Positions 1-11,900 of a stretch of DNA of 64,000 bases are shown here, piece after piece. Below the pieces are notes generated by a model that made no database searches, was not told the origin of the DNA, and saw only the letters and a program-made list of their open reading frames with translations. The translations under genes were made by a program, and so were the position numbers. The DNA is from Raillietiella orientalis. Taxonomy: Eukaryota. Location of the stretch: the NCBI GenBank assembly GCA_036172245.1, contig JAYWIR010000003.1, forward strand, positions 744,001 through 808,000, written 5' to 3'. Numbering within the stretch: position 1 is the stretch's first letter; the number at the start of each line of letters is the position of its first letter.

Positions 1-699
1 GAAAGCAATCCCTTTTCCGATTGTGAGTTGGCAAGGAATCCGAGAGGCGCGAAGCTGAACCGCGGCCACATCCAGATAGAGGGAAACCTCATGACAGAAA
101 AGTCGGACTGAGCAATTCGGGTGGCGGAGGTAAACCTCCCAGGAAGAACCGCAAATTCACTGAGAACCCAGGATGACAGTTACACAGAAAGATGGGAAGA
201 GAAAACCAGCAGCACAGAACGCGCAGAATCTCAGTGTGGCTTCGACGTTAAACGTCGAAGCAATCTTGGGAGTGGCCAGCAGTCGGGTGGAACATCTGCT
301 CCCAAACATTTTGTAGCGACTCCCCGCTTCCCCTAAACAGTGATTTCCCGGAGGATCTTCGAGTGAACTCTCACTCAGACGAGGACTTTGATAGCACAAA
401 TCCGGTCCCATCAGGCAACCAGTTCAGGAAAGACATCACCTTGCCCCGGCCCCAACTCCTTGCTCATCCCCGCAGCTTCGATAAAGGCCTTGGATCTTCA
501 GTTTCGTGAGAACTGGACTGCAATTCGTCCCTCAAGAGAAGAAACCAAACGATGGTCACTGAACGATCTTTGCTTTTCAACCCTAAGTCGATGAACGAAC
601 TAGAACCTGTTTCACAGAAGGCAAAGTCTTCCTGAGAACTTTTGTCTGGGAAAAGAACATTGGCGTGTTTCGAGTCGCCAAGCAGCAGAGCAAACGCGA

Positions 700-1500
700 T
701 CCGTCCTTTCCCTGCCGATGATTAGGGACTCGCTCTCACACGATGTCTATTCAGAGTCATGCGCAGGCCATCTGGGCACATCCGTCATCTCGTAAATGGG
801 TGACGCACTACAGTTTCGTCACGATGAGGGCGCACACAGAACGAGTGGCGAAATTGAAAGGTGGTCTTCCGCAAGCAGACACCGTCTGGTCTTCCGTTCC
901 AAGGTCAGGCAGAGAGTGAAGAAGTTTCTCCACATTTTCCTCCACAAGCCCTTTCCTGCATACTTGGAACACACCTAAAGCGCACCGCATTACAATAGGA
1001 GCTGCGCTTAAAGGTTCAAGGACATACTCCAAGTCGGGCTTCAAATCCACACGAGGTGTTCACGGTGAAGCCTTCCAAACATCGCCGCATGCCATAAACC
1101 GGTTATATTTGCTGTTCCAGCTCAAGTCCTGATTCATTTGGTCCTCAAGTGTCCTCCATACAACCTATCGGGTGAGGGTAGCGGCGGACGTATGCTCCTA
1201 AACTTGCATTCGAATCAAAGAATAGAATCTTCGTATTCTGCAGCCTCACTCGCACGATCTCCCTGCATGACCGCAAGGGTGGTCTTATCAACGTTGCATG
1301 TTATAGCTAGAAATGAGGAAGCATAACTCCCGGCTTCTGATATGAAGGATCGAATTCCTTTCTCGAGCTTTCATTACAAGCTGATGCCTCGGTACCTCCT
1401 CCAGGGAACACAAAGGCATCTGTATTACTTCTCCACTCCGGTGACGACAAATCGTGAAACCGCAACGGAGTCTTCCACAATGTAAGTCTGGGAATGGGTT
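700..1500 (-). mobile_element. Degenerate R4/Dong-like non-LTR retrotransposon fragment
   Basis: Residual ordered motifs EK*YRCLCV (YKYLG-like), PDRLY, LGTEDQ...ATRS and VTHL..GCAQMA (CCHC region); many stops and frameshifts. Confidence 0.45.
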
Positions 1501-1710
1501 TTCCTAGACTGCGTTGGGAATATTTCTCAATGAGGAAAAAGATTTTCAATTCCCATCTTGGCGCCCTTTCCCAAAGGGCAATGTACTGGCTGCTTCTTGA
1601 TCACTCACGCCTTGGTTGGGCACGGGAGCAATAGGAACATCTGATGAGGCACCAGGAGATGCTCGTCTGGCCACGCAAGGAGATGAGGCCATGGCAGCTG
1701 CACGGAGCGC

Positions 1711-2070
1711 TCACTTCGAACTCGTGTGCTTCGTCATCGTTTTCGTGCTTCCCGGAAACGTGCGCTTAGTCGGGCATCGAGGCAGCCGCTGTCTGTACCT
1801 CTCGGCTGGTGATGGACGCGCGCTTGCTGGACTGAGACAGACGGGACGCTTCTGCAGAGACGTGCTCGAAGACATCGTTGCACTGAGCTGCTCCTCATCG
1901 ACATGATCTTACTCGAGACTCGGGTGCATCGGCTTCAACTCCCTACAGATGTGGATCGTGTAATTCTCCTTCCGCCGCTTTTTGTTTTCGTCTCCTTTTG
2001 CGATGGTTTTCGGGGCTTCACCTGCGCCCCGAGACCTCGGCTTTCGCCAACCAGTCTTGGAGGCCGTCAC
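1711..2070 (-). pseudogene. H2B: Histone H2B pseudogene
   Basis: Manual translation across frameshifts: AGEAPKTIAKGDENKKRRKENYTIHICRELKPMHP / VSSKIMSM / NDVFEHVSAEASRLSQSSKRASITSREVQTA / TKTMTKHTSSK-stop. This is collinear with canonical H2B but has several indels and no intact ATG. Confidence 0.9.
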
Positions 2071-2299
2071 GCCCTCCTTCCTTTACTGTTTACCAGGCGG
2101 ACGTCATATAACACACGGCACAGCACCCAGCAGCACTCAGAATGATCTCGCCATCAACCACATGGCAACTCAAGAGCAAGAAAGTGTGCTGCTGTTTTGC
2201 CGAACAGACCGTACAACTATAGAGAGGAAAACCGAGCTCGATGGAGGAGAGTCACGCGACCCGACAGCACCGAGGAGATCAAATTGTCGAATGCCTGAA

Positions 2300-3250
2300 C
2301 GAATTCCTGCTGCTTCGGACTCTGCGGAGAAAGGGGATCAGCAGGTATACTGACAGATGCGCTCTGTAGACCAGCGAGGAAAGACCTTTTGGTACACGGA
2401 ACGGCCGCGAACCATGTGCCACGAAATGACTGGGGCAAGGAATTGTTTCCTGCAACGTCTGGAATACGAAAAACTTAGCTACCATGAGATTGGCTTGCCA
2501 TCAAGGACAGAGACGAGACTGCGTGGCAACTCAGGTTGTCAAGCGATAAAAACTCTTCTCTCGCGCGCCCCCCTCCCTCCCTCCTCCGCCCCTGAGGCGT
2601 ATCCTGAAAGGTAACAATCCTATGATGGCACAAGGGCTTTTGCGGGGGAAGAGGAGCAAATCTCTGCACGCAACACACAGTCGTCCTCGTCAATTGGATA
2701 TGCAGCGTCGTTTCTCGCACCACGAAATCACATTCCCGAAGTTTCTCACCCATTCTGCCTCCGAGGAATCTGTGAACGCTGGGAAGGGTCAGGGCGACGG
2801 AGAGGACACCGAAGATGGACAAGAAAAAGACAAAGGGTCGAAGTGCACAAAAGCAAAGCGCATGCTGAGAGCATCAAACAAATTTGCCGGCGCTCTAGTC
2901 CAAGACTGCAGACGCTGTGCTGGTCGCCCGCAAAGGAAGCGGGCATTTGCTCTGAAGGAGGAACTCCGTTGCTGGACGGAGATCTTCCTCGGAATCTGTC
3001 CAACGAATTCAGACGAGAACATAAGCGCAGCCAGGACAGACGTAAAAAGGAGAGCCAGCAGAGTTTGTTTGGGGGAACCTGCAGGGAAAGGGAAAGGATC
3101 GTGTGGTACGGCTCATTCTTGCAAAATACCATTCTAGGGGAGTGTGAGGATGGAAATACGAAAGAGTTTGCGTATGAGCGAAGAATCTTGGAAAGCTTCA
3201 GAATTCCTCCCTGGGAGGAGAAACGTGATCGGAGCAAGAAAAGAAGCAAG
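2300..3250 (+). mobile_element. Degenerate RTE-clade LINE reverse transcriptase fragment
   Basis: Ordered remnants RSVD...FW, SGC (QGC-like), SYDG (YADD-like), TKAKRMLRA, AF...ELRCW..I, RIVWYG...TILGECEDG. Confidence 0.5.
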
Positions 3251-4455
3251 GGAGATTCCGCTCATAGAACAGATCGTGCAAATGGTCCTGATAAAACGAG
3301 ACCCTAGCTCCTTAAAGGATGAAAAGACTACCGTTCTGCCTGTCTCTCTGCAGGCACGGGCTGAACGGGAATTTCGAATGGGAGGGGAGGGGAGCAAGAC
3401 AAAATTCACCTCTGGAGGATGCTGAGAAGACGAGTCGTTCTGTACCGGATCACGGAAACACGCGCGCATGAGTCACAGGCCCGTTGTAGCCCATCCTTCA
3501 GCTCGAGATTCTATCATCCTCCTGCTCACATTAGCATCGTCGCCTTCAATTCACGTCACTTCCTCCAGCTGCGCGGAGTCCAATGGCTCTGGAGAAAACC
3601 TTTCCTCTGCCTATATCGGAAGGAAGGTTACATGCTACGCAAGTCTCTGCGTGCTGTTCTGCTGTTGTGGGATGGAGGGAAGGGAAGGGAAGGGGGGGGG
3701 GGGGGAAGAAAATGCCACAGACTCAACATTCTCCTCCACTAAAAAGAATACTGAGTCACCTAGAGATAGCAGGTAACTAGGTGAAGGTTTGGACTTCCAA
3801 CACGTGCAGTTCTGTTGAGCAAATAGGAAAAAATCGATCGGAACGAAAATCAAAGGGCGACAAAGAGGACAGGCTTAACGAAAGCACAGAACAAGCTGGA
3901 CGAAGCGATGGGAAACGGCAATCGATGTCTCGACTTGGGCTGGACAGTAACAGAAGCTGCCGTCCAAAAGGTAAGAAAGCTCGAGCATCATCCAAGGCTC
4001 GTCCGATCATCAAGTGACGCTGTCCGGCAGAGTTGGGAACTACAGGCCGGACACGGCCCAAACGTCGGCTGCATGTGTACGATGGTGCACAAGAGCACAC
4101 TCCGGAGCCATCGTGCAACATCGCTGATTAGCAGACGATGAATAGAAGCGAAGGTCTGCCTACTTATCACCGCGAAGAATTCGTGAGAGAGAAGGAGAGA
4201 GAAAATGGCCTCCGAAAATTTCGCGAGAACTGCAGGCTTCTCGTTACTGGCTGAGTGACACGACCGAAATAAAGCAGCCAACTGAAGACCCAACGAGCAA
4301 TGCACGAGGACCGGCGAAGAGGAAACGCACCAAAAGGCAAGGCCGGAAACTCAATGCAAATCGAAAATTCGAGATCGAACGGCGCCATATGCGACTCCCA
4401 TGCATTCATTGGATCGATAGAAAAGGTAACACGGAAACTGGAGCTGAATACTCAC

Positions 4456-4622
4456 TTCAAGCAATGAGTATAGTAATTAGCATCAGCGATGCTGGTCCTC
4501 ATCAAGAGCTGCATGCTTCGGTCCAGTTCATTGCAAAATATCCAATTTCGAATCACGGAGTCAGGAACGCTGCCCCCGCCGTGTTGGGTCTCATGCAGAA
4601 GCGTCTTCAGCCGATAAACAAT
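4456..4622 (-). CDS. WDR11: WDR11 exon 20 (ELDRSMQLLMRTSIADANYYTHCLK)
   Basis: ttag acceptor, gtgagt donor; resembles DRAVQLLLETS...YY...LK. Confidence 0.85.
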
Positions 4623-5957
4623 CTAACGAAAAACGAAGAGCTTCAGATGACGAAGGAATGACCCCAGAGTCAGGGTGCTTTCGTCGACACGAGCTTTTTT
4701 CATCCGAGTCAGATGACAACGCTGCCGCGATCCTTACAAAGATCGGAATCAAACAGCACCTCAGCACGCTGATGGAAGACATTCCTTTGAATATTCAAAA
4801 AAGAGTCTACGCCAGATAATGTTAGATTCTACACATGGGCGCGGGAAGGCGTAAAAAATGGCCCTGCATTGCAAGGCATGGCAGTCTTGAACTCTGATCA
4901 GTTTCCCAAATAAGATTCTCACGAAACCGAGAGTCTCAGCTGTTACGCTGGACCGCCAAGGACACTGACTCTACCAGACACACACGAGCACGCTGGTGGT
5001 AGCACCGCAACACGAGCATGCTCCCTCACCGCTATCGTCCCGGGACGGCGTGGTTGCAAGAAAACGACTAAAACGGAAGAGCAGCAGAATCAGGTTTGCA
5101 GATAGGCGGCTGCAAAGGCGCGTCCGTGCTGCACAGACGAAAAAGGAAGCTGCCACAGACGGTTTGTTACCAGCAATTGTGGCATCACGAAGGTACCACC
5201 TCAGAAAGATTGCGTTGATCGCTCTGATGAATATCGCAAGTTTCTTGTTTACTTCCCCTCCCCTTCCCTGTACAATTACGATTATCACGATCAAATCTTC
5301 AGTGGGATCTGCAAACCGAAGCTTCAGTGCAAAAGAAAGAACAGAATTTATGCTTCACCAGAGCGTTGTTCCAACAGGGATTAAGGATGGAATAGCACCA
5401 TAGCCCAACACGATAACCATCAAGATAAACGACGCGATCACTGAATAGTGATTCTTATACGCATAAATTTCTATTTTCAATGCATTGTACGCTTCTATGG
5501 CAGTAGAGGATTCAAAAATACACTCGCTTGGAAGCAGAATATGAAAAACAGCAAAAGTACCTTATAGGCATCACTTGACAACAGATAATTCAAGCTGTCC
5601 TCAATAAATAGGTCGGCGAGTCCATATGAAACATCTTCGGCGTCGGTTAATGATCCCTGAAACAAAGAACAAAAGATTGGACTTTTTCCTGATGACACCA
5701 GTCCCCTTGGTCGAACACGCAGAGGAGAAATTCTCGAATTTATTTGAATGTAATAATTAGTGACAACTAGGAACCTCTTTTATCATGGCTGGGAATTTCA
5801 CGAATAACAAAACCATTTTCCAAAACTTCGCGGTGACCGCGTGACCACAGAATTCGGCAGCCAGCATGCATCTTTCGGCCAAGCTAAGTGACGGCGAGTC
5901 GAGCATTTCAGATATCTCAGATGAAATCTTCGATGACAAACGTTCCATCACTGGAAA

Positions 5958-5988
<31 letters not shown>

Positions 5989-8900
5989 AAGAAAAGAACA
6001 CGAAGTTTTTAAACGAGTCCGAGAGCGTTGCAGCTGGGGATGCTTCGATGGATGCATTTATTTTTCCTACGAGATCCCCAAATCAGCTTCTATTACATAT
6101 TTATGTCTAAATTACATTATACTTAAACATAAGAATGCTTTCGAAATGCTCTACTCTTCAAACAAATTTGAATGCAACTTTCAAAAAACTCCGATCAACC
6201 CAAATACGAAACACCCACCCTGAAGGCAATATGCACAAAGGAGGAGAGCAAAGTTGACTGTCGAATGCAACATCCATGCTGAAGCATGCTGAAGCATGGA
6301 TGTTGCAAAGTTCACAGTCATGTGAACTTTACGATGCCATCCGATGTGACCGGATCGCCAGTGTCCAAAATGATGAATTAGACCTCTTCCGTTTTCGCTT
6401 TTTTTTTTTTTTTTTCTTCTTCAAATCGCACGGATTCGTCAGTGAGTTCCGGCTCAGAAACGGAAGCCTTTGGTTCCCCGATATTCCAGAACATAATCAC
6501 GCTTCGGTGAACCCTAAATCTTGGCAAACGCAGCGAAGATTTCGGAAAAAGAAAGACATTTAAGAAAAACTGTCATCAGAGGACGAGAGGAAACATCTCA
6601 TACGTCGGAAAACCTACATCCTTTTCAACGACGCTCTTTTGGAACTTGCTACAAATGCCTGATGGCAAATAATTTGTACGAAAGAAGTGAAAGAACGAAA
6701 AATTCACAAAAGATGAACGGACCCTTGGGTTTACTGTACTGAATGTCGATCACTTGAATGTTAAACTTGGCGGAACTCACCATCCGAGTTGAAGTGACCT
6801 TGAGAAACTCTCAGGCGGCCTTTCTCTTTCCGGATATAACCCAGTAAATAGTGATACAAGTGCAATACGACTGTCGAAGGCAGACACAACATGGAGGTCG
6901 GGCTATCGACGATGCTTTCTAGGATGTGAAAAAAACGCTCTATCACAGATGTACGTACAGAATTGCTCGAATAGTAGTTTGTCCATTAACGACACATTAC
7001 CTGGGTTACCATCAGATACAGAGGAAACGTTGACCTTTAGGGCTACGTTTCTGATTCTAAAACAGCCATCCGCAGTTGCTAATAACAAAGATTTCGAATT
7101 GATCCAGTCGACATCCGCAATCTTCACAATATCTTTGGGGCTCGAAAGTTTGGAAAGTTGTATCATCTAACAGAAAAACCATACAATAAAGGCAGGCTGA
7201 CAAAGCCTCGCGGGGTAATTTCATTACGGACGACGTGCAACAGATTGATTTTGAGGGGAGCAGCAAAGCACACCCACCTTATTCGCATCCCAGATGGCGA
7301 TACCGTCACTAAACAGCAAACACATCAGGGAACTGGTGTCTTCACGCGCAAAGACCACCTTTACTATGCTGCCCCTGCAAAAATCACAAAAAACACAGCA
7401 CGTACATTGCATAGCGGTTTGGGGAAAACATTTATATTCAAAGAGTTTTCAATTATCGGTCATGTTGGCCGTGTGCTCGCTTCCATCACTAAGGCGAACA
7501 TCACGTGTGAACCGGAGAAGTTGTCTGCAATCAACGTGCGACCACATATCACTATATTCTCCGGAAAAAAAAAAAAACGCTAATAGCTGCTCAAACGTGG
7601 ACAGGAGAAGCTTTGAGTGTTGACTTACCTCTGCGGATTAGCATACGAAGAGTTCTTGGTCTCCAAATTCCACAACAACAGGGTACCTTCATTATCGCAC
7701 CAAATTAGGAATTCCTGTTTCCACCAAACAGATACCAAGTTACTAACACGAAACTAGAAAGATGGGGTTTACCAACATGGGGACAAGACAACCGTACTGC
7801 TTTCACAGCCATACACCCCAATTCTTGTGCACCGTGGTAGAAGAGGCGCTATAAGAGGGACGGTAGCACTTTGCTTTCGATGTGGTTCCGATCATTCGAT
7901 AACGAAGTGATTCCATTACTCACGATTTAGACGTGAGTTTAGGCAATCAGTAAACCGTGTGGCGTGCGAAAACAAGTAAGGGTCAGTTACGCGGCCCGGT
8001 CAGTTAGCCCTAAGAATGAACGGATCTAACAAGTTCAAGGCATTTGCTGTAAGGAATGACGCCCCGTCATCGATGACGACGAAAACCACTAGCAATACGT
8101 TCCGAAATGAAAGCCAAATGTCCTAAACGATTCCATCCAAACACTCTTGATTTAGTTCTTCAACTCGGATTCTATTTAGGCTCTGCAGCATTCGGGTCTG
8201 ATTTCCTTTTAATTTCCGGGGTGCAGTCTCGCGTGGACCCAACGACACACCCAACGCAAGAACGTTGCATGCAAAGATCTTAAACGACGCAGTTTGTAAG
8301 TGCTTGGAACTTTCCTTACATGAAGGCGGATTACATTTCGATTTGAACGAATAATAATAACTGCTACATTACCGTGAAGGGCACCCTGAACCCATCCTTT
8401 AAAGCATTTCCATCAACCGTGAATAGGTGAAAGTTACCTTCAACATCAAATGTCAAGAAACTTTCAGCAATGGTTTTTGCGCCTTCACCTGCTGAAGGAG
8501 CAGGCAATTTCGAAAATCCCGAGGAGTCCTTTTTCCCTACTTACACGCAGAAGGATGGTTGCGATCCAGAAGACCAACAGCCTGTTCCTGGTAAAGGTAA
8601 GCGTTGCTTTCGAAACTCGCCAGCAGCGACTTTGCGTTCCGGAGCGGAGACCACGTCTGAAAATTTTCACTGATGTAAGAGCACAGATGAGGTGCAGCGG
8701 GATTACTGAGGCAGATCATGAGCAACTTGGGAGAACCACATTCGAATTCCTGAATTTGTACAGATGCCAGTGACTATGTTGCTAGTACCATTCACCACGA
8801 GTTAGCTGAAGATCAGATCAGTGAAATGATGATGTTTTCACTCATAACGCTAACAGAGCTAGGAATCAATCATGGGGTAAAAAAGGCAATCTGCATACTT

Positions 8901-11900
8901 GTAATTAGCAGGATGCTGTGGTTATTTGGTTTGTTTCACGCTCGGTCGTGAAAAATGAAAGAGAACGGAGTTTCCGATTGACTGTACATCTATTTTTTTT
9001 TTTTTCACTCGCACACTCGTAAACAGTAGGCGCACAGTAAATGTTTTAAGGAATGCCTTCAGAAAGGCAGAATTTACATCCCAACAAGCGGAAATGATTT
9101 GTCTCCAAAAAAAAAAATATCCAAATACTTCAGAATGCACAAAGAGCGTAACTTCTTATTAGAAGTTTTGCAACACCTATTAAAATCTGTCGGGGTTTCG
9201 CGAAGTTTCCACTTTCTACTTTGGACTTTCCTTTCGAGATAGCACTGAAGCCCCAAAACGAGGATGCAAGGGACTACTTCAGAAAGAAAGAAGGTAACCC
9301 TGTAATCTAACTGCATAGGCCTGTTTGCAAAGGCAGAAAGAATGGTACAAACAACGGATGCAAAAAATCGGCTACCACGGTGACGCTTCCATTCGCGACA
9401 GGAAAACGCAAAAGCACGAGAGATTCAGACCAAAAGCATTCGGTTGGGGAAAAGAAAAAAAAAAAAAAACTGGGCCGAACCATCCAACTTCTTCCTCCTT
9501 GTCATGAAAGGAAAGATACAAACATTATGTCGGGCACAGATTTGGAAATCACTGCAGAACGGGTTCAGGGGAAAGCGACCCTGAGAGGCAAATCAAGAGG
9601 AGCAGCGTACGTTCGACGTTCACTCCACATAGTCGCGGCGGCTGTGGCTGTACGGTGCGAGCCGACTATCCATGGAGAGGAACGACGGAAAAAGCAGGAG
9701 AGAGCCCACACAACCCTTGTTTTTTCTTTTTTCCTTTTTTTTGCACCTGCTGCTGCGTTGATCCGACACGGAAGAAAAATCTTGCAATTCAGACGATTTA
9801 TGCAGTAAGGTGATCTGAAGAACAAAGATACACGAACCAGATGGGAGCTGCGAAGACGCCACCAACGCATGTGATCTTTGCTCCTTGTCGGATGCGCGAA
9901 ATGTGCCTATTCTCCCATCATTGCCGCCTCATTTTCATGATACGGGATGAAAAACCAAGAATTTACTCAGAACGTTGAGATGGAAAAAGGAAAAGGACAG
10001 CACGTATCCCCCCCCCCCCCTGCACCCTTAAGAGCAACGGTCACTGGCATCACTCGATTTGCCCGACGGTGGATGATGGATCAAACGCTGAGCGTCAACG
10101 TGGAAAACGAGCATCTTATTTACCAAAGCAGTCACCATAGGAAACTTTTTGGGCAGCACTCTGAGCAGACTGAAGGTCGGCATATCATACAGCTCTAGAG
10201 GATCTGACTGGAACTGTATTATCAAATACTGTCTAAAAAAAAAAAAAAAAACCAACGACATGACAAAGAATGAACAGCAAGCGAGGGCACCTTAAATGAG
10301 ACACAAACATTCCAACAACCGCGGATTCGTAGGTTGGGTTCTTCCTTCCCTGAGTGATCTTCCCGCTGTGCAAGTCGACAACGGCGAACTCGTTACGCAC
10401 GCACCCCTGAGAGTTCATGCTCAGACTTCCCTGGCACAGCAGCTTTCCTGAATCGATCCATTCTAGATTCCTGTGTGGATAAACACTTGTTAGAAAGAAA
10501 TTTGTATTCCTTACTTTACTGCACAGGGAAAAACATGGAACTCCCTTTCCAGGGATGCGTTCGGTACATTGTATACACAAATACGTCCATTTGCACAGCC
10601 CGTGACCATTAACTCTTTGCTCCCGCTTTTATTCAGAAAGGGACATATTCTGACCACATGGGATGTTGCCGATGAGTTTTGCAGTAATGCTGTCATTTTT
10701 AACTGAAGTGACGGCATGGTTCTCTAAACACAATGGTACGCTCACATATGTGCTCCATTAAACAGTTACGTCGAATACAAATTATCGTACATACATTTGC
10801 TTATGGAACAAAATGCCGAAATGCATTTTCTTTTAAGAAAAATCAAGGTAACTTGATCGAAATATATATGTATATGTACGTATATATACATATGCTTTTT
10901 CAGCCCGACGCACTGTGGTTTGCATTCATTATATTTTGCCTACTAATTAATTCATCGTGCAAACTACTTGAAGAAAATACCAAAGAACTGAGTACTTCTC
11001 GATCCTGCATCCAAAATGGAAACAGCAAAGTATCCAGAGACTTCAATGGAAATACCTTTACTGAATAGAAAGGTATTTTTTGGATGGAAATGGCTTTTTG
11101 TTGATCAGGAATGATGCTGACATCATAAAAGATGACCTTCCCGTTGGTGAAAAAGATCGCTGCAAAACACATGAAGCTTTGGTAAATCGTTCTGACATCA
11201 CATTTGCCCACAAGCTTAACAGAAATCCACTGCAATGTATACAAATGCCCATCTTTCATTATAATCTGACTTAATTGGAGGATTTACCTAATCTGGTCTC
11301 GGAAAAGGGACACACACAGACATTCAAAGGTCTCATGTTCCTCCTGCCTGAACGTATGGCTTCTGAGGACGCAATATGCACATAACATTCAGTCAAGGCA
11401 GATGATTCACTGAACGAATGATGGAGCCAATCGTCCTCTGAAACATAACATGGTCTTGCTGCATTACGATATGTAATCTGGAAATAATGTCAGGGCATAA
11501 CCCACCAACACTCATTACAAGGGACTCTTCCCGAGAACTCTCCACTCAGCACAGTACGTGAGATCCGTTTTAAAAAAAAAATGGTTGCAATTCGTAATAT
11601 GAAAACCACCGAAAAAAGGCATCCCCATTTCACTTTAACGATTATCCACTATTTTAAACGTTCAGCTTAAGAAAGGATGAACGTTAGTAAGATGAGCATA
11701 TTACGGTGTAATTGGTTTGAAACAGTCCAATAAACCTCAGTAGGACTGCCGGTTGGACCCATAAGAATGATTCGTTCACCTTCTTTGAAAGATTTACGCA
11801 AATATGTTGAGGAAAAACGCAAGAGAAAGAAAATGCACGTTGTAGATGCAGGGGAGGTTCCGTACCGCTAAGAAAGAAAGGGGGAAAAAAAAAGACGGCA

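Noticed and set aside
1563..1579. GCCCTTT-ccc-AAAGGGC hairpin about 130 nt after the H2B pseudogene stop
   Set aside because: A 7-bp stem with a 3-nt loop does not fit the canonical histone stem-loop (6-bp stem, 4-nt U-rich loop) and is rather far from the stop
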